A stretch of 64,000 nt of DNA from Nitrososphaerota archaeon (lineage in GTDB: Archaea; Thermoproteota; EX4484-205; JAAOZP01). This document shows positions 9,175-19,560 of this stretch, one piece after another. The translations under genes and the position numbers were made by a program. Location: the NCBI GenBank assembly GCA_011605725.1, contig JAAOZP010000004.1, forward strand, positions 128,001 through 192,000. Direction: 5' to 3'. Under the pieces are notes generated by a model, which was not told the DNA's origin, made no database searches, and saw nothing but the letters and a program-made list of their open reading frames with translations. Within the stretch, counting starts at the first letter, position 1, and each line of letters opens with the position of its first letter.

Positions 9175-11933
9175 ACATTAAGCTTTTCCAAAAGCCTTCT
9201 GTCCTGAACCTCATTGTTCAAGTGCAGCAGTAACTCTTCTTTCGAGTTAACCCCTACCAGCGATTTCACAGCAGCGTCTAAAAGGCTTGAAACAGGCTCG
9301 ACAACAATGCCTTTAGACTCTAAGAGCTCAATTATCTTAAGGTTCTTCATCGACTCGTAGTTGAACACGGGGACGAGAAGCTTCTTCGCAAACCTGTCCG
9401 CTAAAGCCGCATCTATCTTACCCATACCCCTGTGATCCAGTCCTCCGACAGGCCAAACCTCACCCTTAGCCGTTATTGCACCCGTCATTATGACTGTTGG
9501 ATCAACCTCAATACCTGTGAAGGCAGATATCATCGCTACACCTATAGCTAACCCGGCTGAGGGGCCGGAAACAGGAGGATAAGAGAGGCCGGGGCGGAGC
9601 TGAAGCTTCTCCATGCCCTTCGCTGGCGTGACTAGCTCCACGAAAACATCGTGATTCTTAAACCTCCATTCAGAGATGCTGTTTACATATATGAAGGCAT
9701 CCTCAGCACTAGCCTGAATGCTTTCACCATACTCACTTCCAACAACCTTCACAACCCCCTTCCCCTTCGGGTTAGTGACAACCTCTACGACGCTCACGAA
9801 CCCGCTCTGTTCGCCAGCAGCACCTATGGCGACAAGACCATAGGTTTTACCAATCTCAGGGCTTTCAACCCTTACGCTCTTATCAATCATTGTGCGAGCC
9901 TCGCTAACCGACTCCTCCTCTGAAAGGGTTTCCAGCGCTTCTTGAAAGTGAATAGGCCGGAGTGGGTAGTTTGAAGGTGAAACCAGCCTGAGGCTGTCTA
10001 TGAAGCTCCCGGAGGCCTGGTCTACCCCAAGTATCCTGGAAAGCCTCTCCAGATCCTTAGCGTATATTTTCCTTATTTCTTCAACTGGACGACCCTCGTC
10101 AACCGTTTTCACAAGCTGCCTCGCAGCATCCAGCTCCTTAACCCTAAGCCTGTTAGCCTCGTTAATCACGTCAGCAATCCTCCTCGGGCTTAAAGCCTTC
10201 TTCCTAAGTATCTCCAGCACATTGTCCACCGTAGCCTCAGGGCTAAGGACATCCAGATACTTTTTCAAATGGATTCTTATAATCTCCCTCCTCTCCTCAT
10301 CGTTTCTAGGATAGTTGAATTCGAATACGCGTGTAAACCTTTCCAGTAAAGCCCTGTCTAGAACGTCGAGCCTATTCGTGCTGGCTATAACCACAACGCC
10401 TGAAAGAGGTATGAAGCCATCCAGCTCCGTTAAAAGCTGGCTCGTAACCCTGTCTAAGACCGGGTCATGCGTTCCACGTCCAGGTGCAACAGAATCTATC
10501 TCGTCGAAGAAGACTATGGCTGGAGCATTCCTCCTCGCGTCCTCGAAAATATCCCTTATCGTTTTCTCAGGATCACCATACATCCCTTGGATTATTGAGG
10601 GCCCGTTGACAAGATAGAACCAGACATTGTTCTCCCCGGCTATGGCTCTTGCTAGAAGAGTTTTCCCGGTTCCCGGCGGACCGTGGAAAAGAAAGCCTTT
10701 CGGAGGAATATACCTGGCCTTGCTCGCTAACTCAGGGTTTAACGATAAAGAAATCTCTTTGATAATTTCCTCCCTAACGCCTTTAAGCCCTCCAACATCT
10801 TCATACCGCTCTTTCGGCCTAAGCTTAACCACGGATTTCTTAGCGGCTTCAGTCCTAGTGCTTACCGAGTAAGCCTTAACCTTTGAAGCAGCCTCCCTGA
10901 AATCGTTAAGCGTAACAAGCTCACCAGGGTTAATCTGGCTCCCCGGCTCACCCCCATGGAGAAGCCTATTGATAAGCTTCTTCTGAAACGGGGCAGCCCT
11001 GTTGCTAATAACCAGTTGGAAAGCGTTAACTATGTCTGCAGGGGTTATAGCCTGTGTTTCGAAAGACCTTAAACTATCCTCTATCACCGTGAGAATGTCT
11101 TGCGGCGGAAGCCTTACGCCGTGAACCTTACATTGTTTCTCAACTATTTTAAGAAGCATCTGTCTAGACATGTTTTCATCGAGATCTATTGTTCCAGCAA
11201 CCCCCCTTCTGCGAAGAGTATCCACCAGCGACTCATACTCGGTTGTTGAAACCATCACCACAGTACGGTAATCCTTTCTCTGAAGCTCGTCAAACTTTTC
11301 AAGGAGAACTGTTTGAACCCTCGTCTCCTCCATCCCCACCTCCGTTGTGGAGCTGAACTTTTTCGCGAAAGCTTGGAACTCATCTATCAAAACTATACTC
11401 GGATTGTAAAACACGTTGTTGAAGAACTCGCTGAGCCTCTGCGCACTCTGACCATACCACATGGAGTAAACCTGTTCAGGCTTAAGCTTTGCAAGGTTCA
11501 CGAGCAAACCATACTCCAAACCTTTTTCAAAACCCTCCCTTTGAACAACCTCCGCGAAGAAGGTTTTACCAGAGCCGCTTGAACCCTTTACAATGAACAG
11601 TTTAGGCGGCGGTGCTGCTTTGAAAGTCCTCCTTATCTCAGGGTCTCTTAAAACATGGTAGTGGATACTGACTAAGACTTTGAACAGCTCCTCATCCCTA
11701 CCCACCATATCCTCCTTGGAAACCCTTGGAAACATAGGGTTTTTCCTAATCTTTCTAGCTTTTTTCTCGACTATTTTCCTCCTCTTCTCCGGAGGGAGGC
11801 GGAGAAACCTCCACATCCTGTACCTCCAGGAGAAAAGGTTAAGAAGCGGGGAGAATAATAGTCTTAGAAGCGGCTTCTTATACCACCATTCTTCCTCGAA
11901 CTCCCTGTCTTCTTCGAACTCGCTTGAAAACAT
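9171..11933 (-). CDS. tandem-AAA+ (CDC48-like) ATPase fused to a C-terminal Lon (S16) protease domain
   Basis: Walker A/B GSSGSGKT/LIDE and GPPGTGKT/FFDEID; C-terminal SGPSAG...MTGAI...PVGG...K dyad. Confidence 0.85.
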   Translation of the reverse strand: MFSSEFEEDREFEEEWWYKKPLLRLLFSPLLNLFSWRYRMWRFLRLPPEKRRKIVEKKARKIRKNPMFPRVSKEDMVGRDEELFKVLVSIHYHVLRDPEIRRTFKAAPPPKLFIVKGSSGSGKTFFAEVVQREGFEKGLEYGLLVNLAKLKPEQVYSMWYGQSAQRLSEFFNNVFYNPSIVLIDEFQAFAKKFSSTTEVGMEETRVQTVLLEKFDELQRKDYRTVVMVSTTEYESLVDTLRRRGVAGTIDLDENMSRQMLLKIVEKQCKVHGVRLPPQDILTVIEDSLRSFETQAITPADIVNAFQLVISNRAAPFQKKLINRLLHGGEPGSQINPGELVTLNDFREAASKVKAYSVSTRTEAAKKSVVKLRPKERYEDVGGLKGVREEIIKEISLSLNPELASKARYIPPKGFLFHGPPGTGKTLLARAIAGENNVWFYLVNGPSIIQGMYGDPEKTIRDIFEDARRNAPAIVFFDEIDSVAPGRGTHDPVLDRVTSQLLTELDGFIPLSGVVVIASTNRLDVLDRALLERFTRVFEFNYPRNDEERREIIRIHLKKYLDVLSPEATVDNVLEILRKKALSPRRIADVINEANRLRVKELDAARQLVKTVDEGRPVEEIRKIYAKDLERLSRILGVDQASGSFIDSLRLVSPSNYPLRPIHFQEALETLSEEESVSEARTMIDKSVRVESPEIGKTYGLVAIGAAGEQSGFVSVVEVVTNPKGKGVVKVVGSEYGESIQASAEDAFIYVNSISEWRFKNHDVFVELVTPAKGMEKLQLRPGLSYPPVSGPSAGLAIGVAMISAFTGIEVDPTVIMTGAITAKGEVWPVGGLDHRGMGKIDAALADRFAKKLLVPVFNYESMKNLKIIELLESKGIVVEPVSSLLDAAVKSLVGVNSKEELLLHLNNEVQDRRLLEKLNV

Positions 11934-12011
11934 TCCTCTGGAGAAACATTACGGCACATAGGTATAAAGCTTTATACATGGTTATTAAACTCCCATACAT
12001 GGAGAGAATAA

Positions 12012-12755
12012 ATGCAGCGTTTCCACACCACGAGAGGGTTAAGGAAGACTCCACTAACACTGCTAGTCTGGATACTACTCGCACACATATTAGTCTCAGT
12101 CCCGGGGAAAGGTGAAACAGCGGAATACGATTTCCCCAGGGTTAATATTCTTGAAGGAGACATATTCATAGTAACGTTTAGCCCTCCGGCGGAGAATATT
12201 CAAGTATACGTTAAAGGATCGGAGACGAAAGACTTTTCCCTCCTAGTGTTGACGAACAGTAGTCTCAACATACCTATTTTAACAGGACGCGCCTCGATTG
12301 TGCAGCTCATACCTCAGTCTCCAGTTACAAACCTCACGGTAACATTCAACTCAAACACTAGTCTGAAAATAATCTACGGCATCTTAACAGGAAACTACAC
12401 TTACTATAGGCAGGTTTCTTCAGAATACTATACTTTCTCAAACGGCATTCTCGTGATTCTCCAGCCGCAGATAACTATTCCTCGAGGCCCTTCGAAAATA
12501 ACTTTTATTCTAAACAGGTTTGGCGTCAAGAGTTCAAGCGGGTTTCCGATAGAACTGCCCCCATTGGCTACATTGATTCCTTTCATTGCGGTAGTAGCAA
12601 TACTTGCCTACTTGAATGCTTACGTCCTCGTAGACTCTTATTACTTATCTAAAAGAGAAGAGTTGGGCAGACTTAGGAAAATAGGCATAGTTCTTCTCAT
12701 AGTTTTGAGCGCGCTTATAATATACTGGTTGTTGAACAACTTCGTTAAATACTGA
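12012..12755 (+). CDS. hypothetical membrane-anchored protein
   Basis: N-terminal signal-like helix and two C-terminal TM helices. Confidence 0.7.
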   Translation: MQRFHTTRGLRKTPLTLLVWILLAHILVSVPGKGETAEYDFPRVNILEGDIFIVTFSPPAENIQVYVKGSETKDFSLLVLTNSSLNIPILTGRASIVQLIPQSPVTNLTVTFNSNTSLKIIYGILTGNYTYYRQVSSEYYTFSNGILVILQPQITIPRGPSKITFILNRFGVKSSSGFPIELPPLATLIPFIAVVAILAYLNAYVLVDSYYLSKREELGRLRKIGIVLLIVLSALIIYWLLNNFVKY

Positions 12756-13488
12756 GGTAGACCTCCTCAGGGTAAATCTGACACTTCTCACAGTAATACT
12801 TGGACTCCTCAGGCCTCCAAACGAGTTTAGAGCCGCAGTTCGGACAGAGAGGCGGGGTTCCTAAAGGCGGGATCCTTCCCCTCCCGGTTTCTCCAGCTCC
12901 CGTCTCAACACGCTTAGCAGGAGCAGGGGGAGTCTTAAGAGAGAGAACCAAGTGGGTTAAAACCCCGGACAACACAGCTACTGCAATAATGTTGATTACT
13001 GTTCCGGCAATTATCACGAGTGAGAGGGTTGCTACAGCATCATCCACCGCGACGGATTTTAAAGACAGATCGTACAAGACTGGTTTTAAATCCATATGTA
13101 GAAAGTAGACGCCTAGGGCGGACACCACGGTGACGGAGAAAACTGATGCTTTAACAGCATCGGACACTGAGCGAGACAGAATACTGGCAACGATACTTAT
13201 GGTTACGATAATAGTTAAACAGACTGCAAGCCAAACGCTGGAGTTGAAAAACTGCGTGAAAACATTCACAAGACTCTTGCCTTGAGTCGCAATAGCCTCA
13301 ACGCCGAAGCCCGGGACAGACATTCCTAAAGCGTAAACCCAGGGACTATTGGCAAGACCAGACAGGCTTATGTTTTCACCACTATATTCAATACTGTTTG
13401 AAGGAAGCATGGTTAATATTGAGTCGATCAGCAGTATCGGCGAGAGCGCGAGTAGCGTTAACACTATTACCACCAGAGTTAACCTCAA
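12745..13488 (-). CDS. membrane protein with C-terminal zinc ribbon
   Basis: Several TM helices; CPNC...CEKC at the C-terminus. Confidence 0.75.
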   Translation of the reverse strand: MRLTLVVIVLTLLALSPILLIDSILTMLPSNSIEYSGENISLSGLANSPWVYALGMSVPGFGVEAIATQGKSLVNVFTQFFNSSVWLAVCLTIIVTISIVASILSRSVSDAVKASVFSVTVVSALGVYFLHMDLKPVLYDLSLKSVAVDDAVATLSLVIIAGTVINIIAVAVLSGVLTHLVLSLKTPPAPAKRVETGAGETGRGRIPPLGTPPLCPNCGSKLVWRPEESKYYCEKCQIYPEEVYLSI

Positions 13489-13517
13489 TCCTCTTTAACA
13501 CTGTTTTAAACCGCTAT

Positions 13518-13721
13518 TTAGACTTTTTCTCTTCGCCTGATGAAAGCAAGGATGAGGGAGAGTGCAGCATCAAGCACGAGAAACATGAAGGTTAGCCACA
13601 TAAGATCCCTTACTAAGCTGGTTTCAGCAACAGGTGAAAGATACAGGAGCATAATCACAGCGAAAAACGTTGAGAAAACCGCTAGAAACAAATAGGAAAG
13701 ATCAGGCCACATCAGCATCAA
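13518..13721 (-). CDS. small two-TM hypothetical protein
   Basis: Two hydrophobic helices; start overlaps the upstream stop codon. Confidence 0.6.
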   Translation of the reverse strand: MMLMWPDLSYLFLAVFSTFFAVIMLLYLSPVAETSLVRDLMWLTFMFLVLDAALSLILAFIRRREKV

Positions 13722-14044
13722 CCAGTCAAGTAGCCTCCTTTACGAAGCTCTATGCAGAGGCTGCAAATATCGTCCTCAAGCTCATTCAGCGACAAGCCTT
13801 TTTCAAACAGCTTCCTAGCGATGATGCTCGCATACTCGTTAACCACAGTGTTGCTAAGATAACGCCTAATCTTAGCGCTGCCCTTTCTCCTACCCATGTA
13901 GTTGCTTACAGAGGGTTGAGTAACATTAAGCATTCTAGCAACCTGAACCTGATTCAAATTATACTTTTCCAAAAGCTGCCTTGATACAAGCATCCGGAGC
14001 GCGGGAACCACGTGTCTAACCATACACTCGCAATGTATCGTCAT
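13718..14044 (-). CDS. predicted HTH transcriptional regulator (COG2522-like)
   Basis: CE...VPALR...QVQVARMLNVTQPSVSNYM, with C-terminal CxxC. Confidence 0.8.
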   Translation of the reverse strand: MTIHCECMVRHVVPALRMLVSRQLLEKYNLNQVQVARMLNVTQPSVSNYMGRRKGSAKIRRYLSNTVVNEYASIIARKLFEKGLSLNELEDDICSLCIELRKGGYLTG

Positions 14045-14237
14045 AGCATGGTAGTATTGTCTATAACCCGTTTTTAAACATTACCGGAAACTTTTAGATA
14101 AACCGCCCATCTTTACTTCCATTAGTGAAGAGCGTTAGATGTTTTCCGAGCAAACTTGAAGACTTTCCCAACGTGACGAACAGTTTAAAAGCGACGGGAA
14201 AACTTTATTTAACTTAGCGAAGCATTAAAACCTGCGG

Positions 14238-14347
14238 GCCGGGGTGGTCGAATCCGGTTCACAACAGGAAGGCTGAAAGGCGGTGGGCTGCAGAAGAGCT
14301 CTGTCGAAACCCACAGTATGCGGGTTCAAATCCCGCCCCCGGCTCCA
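14238..14347 (+). tRNA. tRNA-Cys(GCA) with two introns (D-arm, about 14261-14277; canonical 37/38, 14294-14308) and encoded CCA
   Basis: Acceptor GCCGGGG/CCCCGGC + U73 + CCA; anticodon stem GTGGG/CCCAC with GCA at 14290-14292; T arm GCGGG-TTCAAAT-CCCGC; 110 nt overall. Confidence 0.9.
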
Positions 14348-14437
14348 GCATTCCTACTACTGGTTTATAAGCACCGTGAATACTCATGCCTCAGAATATT
14401 TTTCAACCAGGATTAAAAAGAAGAAAGAGTATATAGG

Positions 14438-15763
14438 TTAAACAAGTATTTGCGAAGGCTCGTAGTCGACAAGCTTACCTTCAAGATACTCAGCATACCC
14501 TTGAAGATCCAGGAGTCCGTGGCCACTCATGTTGAAAAGTATAGTTCTGCTCTCACCCTTCCTCTTGCATTCCAAGGCAATTTCAATAGCTGCTTTAATC
14601 GCGTGATTCGTCTCAGGAGCAGGTACAAGCCCCTCGTTTTCAGCGAAAACCCGGCCGGCTTCGAAGACCTCTCTCTGATAATAGGCTACTGGCCTCACAT
14701 ACCCTTCGTGAACCAGTAGGCTTAGTATTGGAGCCTTCCCATGATACCTGAGGCCTCCGGCGTGTATCGGTGGTGTGAAAAACTTGTGTCCAACGGTGTA
14801 CATTTTAAGCATCGGGGTCATTTCAGCAGTGTCTCCAAAGTCATACATGTATTTTCCCTTAGTCGTCGATGGAACAGCCTTCGGCTCAACAGCAATAAAC
14901 TCGGCGTCAAGCTTTCCTCTTAGCCTTTCACGCATAAATGGGAAGGCTAGACCAGCGTAATTGGAGCCTCCACCTATGCAGCCTATGACGTAGTCCGGTT
15001 TCTCGTCTAGCATTTGAAGCTGCTTAATAGCCTCCTCGCCTACAATAGTCTGGTGTAGCAGCACATGGTTTAAAACGCTCCCCAAAGAGTATTTCATGCC
15101 TGTTTTCACAGCGGTTTCTATCGCCTCGCTTATTGCTATCCCGAGGGAACCCGGGTGGTTCGGATCCTGTTCAAGCATCTTCCTGCCGAAATCCGTCTGG
15201 TCGCTTGGGGAGGGATAGACCTCGGCTCCGAAAAGCTGCATAAGTATCTTCCTGTACGGCTTTGTAAGATAGCTGCTTCTAGTCATGAAGACTTTACACT
15301 TCATTTTGAAGAAGGCGCATCCGAGTGCTAGGGCTGAGCCCCATTGACCTGCACCTGTTTCAGTTGTCAAACCTTTCGTTCCCTCAACCATGTTGTAATA
15401 CGCTTGAGCTATAGCAGTGTTAGGCTTATGGCTTCCAACTACGTTCACATACTCACACTTATAATATATTTTTGCAGGAGTGTTAAGATATTTCTCTAGA
15501 CGCGTTGCTCTTCTAAGTGGCGTCGGCCTCCCGATCGCATAGTAGGCTTGGGCAACCTCCTCAGGTATCGGAATGCGTCTCTGATCTGAAAACTCCTGCC
15601 TGACAAGCTCCTTCGCAAACAACACTTCTAAAGCCTGGGGTGGCAGAGGCTCCTTGGTAGCGGGGTTTATCGGAGGGTCGAGAGGACGCGGAAGATCTGG
15701 AAGAATATTGTACCATTCTCGAGGCATTTCCTCAGGGTTCAGGTTTACAACCGGTGGCTTCAT
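14438..15763 (-). CDS. trpB2: TrpB2-type tryptophan synthase beta chain (TrpB-like PLP enzyme)
   Basis: [31 protein letters not shown] and SGHGLLD motifs. Confidence 0.92.
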   Translation of the reverse strand: MKPPVVNLNPEEMPREWYNILPDLPRPLDPPINPATKEPLPPQALEVLFAKELVRQEFSDQRRIPIPEEVAQAYYAIGRPTPLRRATRLEKYLNTPAKIYYKCEYVNVVGSHKPNTAIAQAYYNMVEGTKGLTTETGAGQWGSALALGCAFFKMKCKVFMTRSSYLTKPYRKILMQLFGAEVYPSPSDQTDFGRKMLEQDPNHPGSLGIAISEAIETAVKTGMKYSLGSVLNHVLLHQTIVGEEAIKQLQMLDEKPDYVIGCIGGGSNYAGLAFPFMRERLRGKLDAEFIAVEPKAVPSTTKGKYMYDFGDTAEMTPMLKMYTVGHKFFTPPIHAGGLRYHGKAPILSLLVHEGYVRPVAYYQREVFEAGRVFAENEGLVPAPETNHAIKAAIEIALECKRKGESRTILFNMSGHGLLDLQGYAEYLEGKLVDYEPSQILV

Positions 15764-15918
15764 TTTCGAATCGCCTAAGGCGCTTTAAGGCGGTAGTATA
15801 TATACTATTTTGAGCAGATGTATGCTTGAGCGCATTTATGCATTTTTTTTCGGAAACAGGAAGCGTGAGAAGCATGCGTTACAATTTTTAAATACATGCT
15901 TCGTGCAAGAAGGACAGA

Positions 15919-16422
15919 ATGTGGAGCAAAGTGTATGAGAAGGTTAAGCGTCATCCCGCAAAAGTAAAGGTTGCTAGACTACTTGTTGAGAACGGGCTTA
16001 GGATAGCTGACGACGGCAGGATATACTGCGGGCCGATAAACATTCCGGATGCGAAGATAGCTAAAGCAGCTAACGCTGACAGGAGGATAGTCAGAAACAC
16101 TGTTGAGCTAATTATGAAGGACGAGAAGCTTAACAATATTTTCAGAGCACTCAAGCCAGCCGGCCCCAATCTGGTGGATGCTGCACCACACTTGGGTTTT
16201 GACGTTATCGAGATCTATGCTGACCCCAATAAGCCGGGGATAGTTGCAGGCGTGAGCACGATAATAGCTGAGCTTGGAATAAGCATTAGACAAGTGATCG
16301 CCGATGATCCTGAGCTTGTTCCAGAGCCTAAGCTCCAGATCGTTGTTAACGGCAGGATCCCTGGAGAAGTTATTGAAAAAATGAGAAGAATACGTGGAGT
16401 GAGAAGCGTCACGCTGAAATGA
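15919..16422 (+). CDS. ACT-domain regulator of amino acid metabolism (COG2150-like)
   Basis: N-terminal HTH-like region; PGIVAGVS...ISIRQVIADDPEL ACT domain. Confidence 0.8.
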   Translation: MWSKVYEKVKRHPAKVKVARLLVENGLRIADDGRIYCGPINIPDAKIAKAANADRRIVRNTVELIMKDEKLNNIFRALKPAGPNLVDAAPHLGFDVIEIYADPNKPGIVAGVSTIIAELGISIRQVIADDPELVPEPKLQIVVNGRIPGEVIEKMRRIRGVRSVTLK

Positions 16423-16428
16423 TACTTG

Positions 16429-17067
16429 CTATTTCCTCAGGAACTCTTCAACTTTCTCGACGAGTGTTCTAACGGTTTGCGAAACAATCGTCTCACCGGC
16501 TTCAAGACTGGCCTTCGAAGCATCCCCTTCCACGCCCATCGATGGGCCCGCGTACTTAATCCGATCCTCCTTAACCAGGCTTCTGTCTATGTAGAGGAGT
16601 TGAGAAGTGAGGTAGGCTCCGCCTGAGCCGGCTTTAGGCTCGCCCTCCAACGCTTGAACATCAGGATAATGCTCCCAGAGGTTAAGCTGAAGCAGCTCCA
16701 CGTTTTTAACAGGATGCTTGTTTAAAAGCTCCTTCAGAAGGGAATCGTTTGAAGCATCAGCGTTAAGCAGGACGATCTTCTTAAGACCCAGTTTTGAAAG
16801 CTCCTCCATAAGGTTCACTAAAAACATGGTTAAAACCTCGGGCTTCAAAGATATTAGGCCGCCTCCAACCCCGTATGGGGTTGCGTCTATTTGAAAAACA
16901 TAGGGATGGAGTGAACCTGCTATTTTCTCGCAGTAATAGTTTACGAGTATCGATGATGAACCTGCTGGAAGATGCGGACCCTGGTTTTTCACCGAGCCTA
17001 AAGGTATTAGACCCACCCTGGACTGTCCAAGCCTATACTTGGTTTCGTAATACGTTGACTCGAACAT
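16429..17067 (-). CDS. creatininase-family protein with degenerate active site
   Basis: LIPLGSVxxxGPHLP scaffold and C-terminal GDASKASLEAG. Confidence 0.7.
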   Translation of the reverse strand: MFESTYYETKYRLGQSRVGLIPLGSVKNQGPHLPAGSSSILVNYYCEKIAGSLHPYVFQIDATPYGVGGGLISLKPEVLTMFLVNLMEELSKLGLKKIVLLNADASNDSLLKELLNKHPVKNVELLQLNLWEHYPDVQALEGEPKAGSGGAYLTSQLLYIDRSLVKEDRIKYAGPSMGVEGDASKASLEAGETIVSQTVRTLVEKVEEFLRK

Positions 17068-17162
17068 GTTTCATCAAGCAGAATGACATTATTTAAATGT
17101 TGTTAATTATCACAGTCGCCCAATATCTAAACGGATACGCTTAAAAACATTGTTCGAAAACA

Positions 17163-17813
17163 CTAATAGTTTAAAACATGCTTTAGAAAGTCAACCAGCT
17201 GTTTCTCAGACCTCATGCCAACCATTTCGTGAGAATCGTTTACAACAAGCTTTGGAACACCTGTAACATTATACTTTTCAGCAAGATGTGGAAACTCAGC
17301 CGCCTCAATCATCTCCCCGGTTACCAGGTCGTTTTCGAAAGCCAGCTGATGAGCGTAGAAAACCATTGCTGGACAGTAGGGGCATGTAGGTGTTACGAAA
17401 ACTTTAATGTTAAGCGGCGCGGAAACCCCTCTGATAAACTCTCTCGTAGAATCCTTAAGCATTGTCCTCTTATTGCTAACCATCAGAATATCCTTAACAT
17501 ATGTTTCAAACTCGTATCCCGATGGTATTCCGAAAAACCTTATCCCGTAATCCTTCTCAGGAGACCTTATGATAGTGGCTGGGAAAAGCTTAATACTGTA
17601 TCTCTCAATCTCCGTCAAACTGTTTTCAGAATAGTAATGTTTCACAACAATATCCGGGTTAATGCTTGAAACCTCCTGAGCTATCTGAAGAGTTTCCCTG
17701 CAATATTTACAGTCACCCTTATCCGTGAAAACCATTATGTCCACAGGGTCCTTAAACTCCCTGCTGAATATTCCGCGAAGCGTCTCCCTGCTCTTCTCGT
17801 CTAGAATAGTCAT
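17163..17813 (-). CDS. protein disulfide oxidoreductase (two thioredoxin folds)
   Basis: CKYC and CPYC motifs; GIPSGYEF; GVPK. Confidence 0.9.
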   Translation of the reverse strand: MTILDEKSRETLRGIFSREFKDPVDIMVFTDKGDCKYCRETLQIAQEVSSINPDIVVKHYYSENSLTEIERYSIKLFPATIIRSPEKDYGIRFFGIPSGYEFETYVKDILMVSNKRTMLKDSTREFIRGVSAPLNIKVFVTPTCPYCPAMVFYAHQLAFENDLVTGEMIEAAEFPHLAEKYNVTGVPKLVVNDSHEMVGMRSEKQLVDFLKHVLNY

Positions 17814-17849
17814 TTTAAAAAGGACTACACATTCTGCCTATATATCTTT

Positions 17850-18995
17850 TTATCGAACATTCTCGTCGAATCTGGCTGCAGTGTCCAGCTTCTCAGCCAG
17901 AGTCTTAAGGTTCCTCACCGCGTAAAGCTTATCCTTCTCACCCATCTTAGCCTTCAACAGAGCGTCCTCAAGCATTTCTATCACACGATCCATTCTTCTC
18001 CGGTTAACCGGGTAGGGGATACCGTCCTTACCTCCGAAGGAGAACGAGAACTTAACAGGGTCCCTCCAGCTCGGAGGCGCGTCGAAGACTATTTGCGCAA
18101 CCAGTGAAAGCGCTCTCAGAGTCCCGGGTCCAATCCCCCTGATGCTTAGAAGCTCCTCGTAGCTGCCTGGTTTAAGCTCGTAGGCTTCGCTGAGCGCTTT
18201 CCAGTTGACATTCCTCTCAAGCACAACCCTGTAGGCGGGAGGCTCAGAGACACCCGGGATCCATTTCAGAATCGTTTCTGAAGAAGCCTCCCCCACTGTT
18301 CTCAAGCATCTTCTAAGCCTTTGAGGAGGCTCTTTAACAATGTCGAGGGAGGCCTGCCTGTTCTCTCTGCTCTCCCTAGCAGTCAGGTTGAGAACGTGCT
18401 CATGCTTGGAGACACCTATTATTCCTGAGTGCGGCTCCTCTATGAGGCTTGTTAAACCCTGGCTAAGCCAATGATACCTCCTAGCCCATTTTAGCCTAGT
18501 GTTCATACCCTGCTGGACGACAGCCCAGTTACCCTCTTTGTCAAACATGAAGACGTGATGGTAAAGCTGGTACCCAGCCTGTATCATTGAATTGTCAACC
18601 TTAGCGCAAATTCTTGAAAGATAGGTAAGCCTATCAGGGTCAGCATCCACCTTTCTACTTTCAACTATGTTCCCTATCTCGCTAGGCGTCCTACGGGAAA
18701 CAGCCCCCTTACCCCCGCAGGCATAAACCCCTAGATCCCTGCTGGACAGGACGGTCTTCAGAACCCCGGCGGTGACGGTTGTGGAACCAGAACTGTCCCA
18801 ATCGTACCCAAGAATATTGGAGAAGCCTTGGAACCAGAGGGGGTCTGAAACACGTCTCAAAAGTTCAAGCGTGCCGAACTCCATCACGATAGCTTCAACA
18901 ACAGCGCCTCCTAGACGAATCATTCTTGAAACCAGCCACTGGGGAGCCCTGCCGCCGTGAAGGCGAAGATCGAAGAAGCCTCTCCTAGAGGACAC
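17850..18995 (-). CDS. DUF763 domain protein
   Basis: LHGGRAP, DWDSSGSTT, QQGMN...RRYHW and FGGKDGIPYPV motifs. Confidence 0.88.
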   Translation of the reverse strand: MSSRRGFFDLRLHGGRAPQWLVSRMIRLGGAVVEAIVMEFGTLELLRRVSDPLWFQGFSNILGYDWDSSGSTTVTAGVLKTVLSSRDLGVYACGGKGAVSRRTPSEIGNIVESRKVDADPDRLTYLSRICAKVDNSMIQAGYQLYHHVFMFDKEGNWAVVQQGMNTRLKWARRYHWLSQGLTSLIEEPHSGIIGVSKHEHVLNLTARESRENRQASLDIVKEPPQRLRRCLRTVGEASSETILKWIPGVSEPPAYRVVLERNVNWKALSEAYELKPGSYEELLSIRGIGPGTLRALSLVAQIVFDAPPSWRDPVKFSFSFGGKDGIPYPVNRRRMDRVIEMLEDALLKAKMGEKDKLYAVRNLKTLAEKLDTAARFDENVR

Positions 18996-19062
18996 TCCTA
19001 AAACAGTATTCTCCCCCTGCCTAAAAACTTTTTACCCACCTTAAAGGCTTTTTAAACAAGCC

Positions 19063-19554
19063 ATGTCAAGCATGAGGCTTGAACACGTTGAGATAAGACC
19101 CCCGGAGGGAGTGCAGCTAATAATAGGCCAGTCCCACTTTATCAAGAGTGTTGAAGACCTTTACGAGGCGATTGCCTCAAGCATGCCCAGAGTCGAGTTT
19201 GGAGTCGCATTCTGCGAGTCAAGCGGACCTGCTCTCGTAAGGTACGAGGGAAACAGCGAGGAGTTGGAGAAGCTGGCTGTCGACTATGCTCTCAAGATTT
19301 CAGCGGGCCATGTTTTCATAGTTGTTTTGAGAAACGCATACCCAGTTAACGTTTTAAACAGGATTAAAAACGTTGAGGAGGTTGCTACTGTTTTCTGCGC
19401 CACGGGAAACCCGGTTGACGTCGTCATAGCTGAAACACCGCTTGGAAGAGGCGTGCTCGGGGTGGTTGACGGTATTAAGACGAAGGGTGTTGAGAAAGAG
19501 GAGGATAAGAAGCATAGGCGAGAGTTCCTTAGGAGAATAGGCTATAAGAAGTGA
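19063..19554 (+). CDS. adenosine-specific kinase family (DUF355)
   Basis: GQSHFIKSVEDL, FCESSG, CATGNP and RGVLGVVDG motifs. Confidence 0.88.
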   Translation: MSSMRLEHVEIRPPEGVQLIIGQSHFIKSVEDLYEAIASSMPRVEFGVAFCESSGPALVRYEGNSEELEKLAVDYALKISAGHVFIVVLRNAYPVNVLNRIKNVEEVATVFCATGNPVDVVIAETPLGRGVLGVVDGIKTKGVEKEEDKKHRREFLRRIGYKK

Positions 19555-19560
19555 GGAATA

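Noticed and set aside
14238-14437. tRNA-Cys as the integration site of an element
   Set aside because: No integrase is nearby, I noticed no duplicated tRNA 3' end, and the flanks are housekeeping genes.
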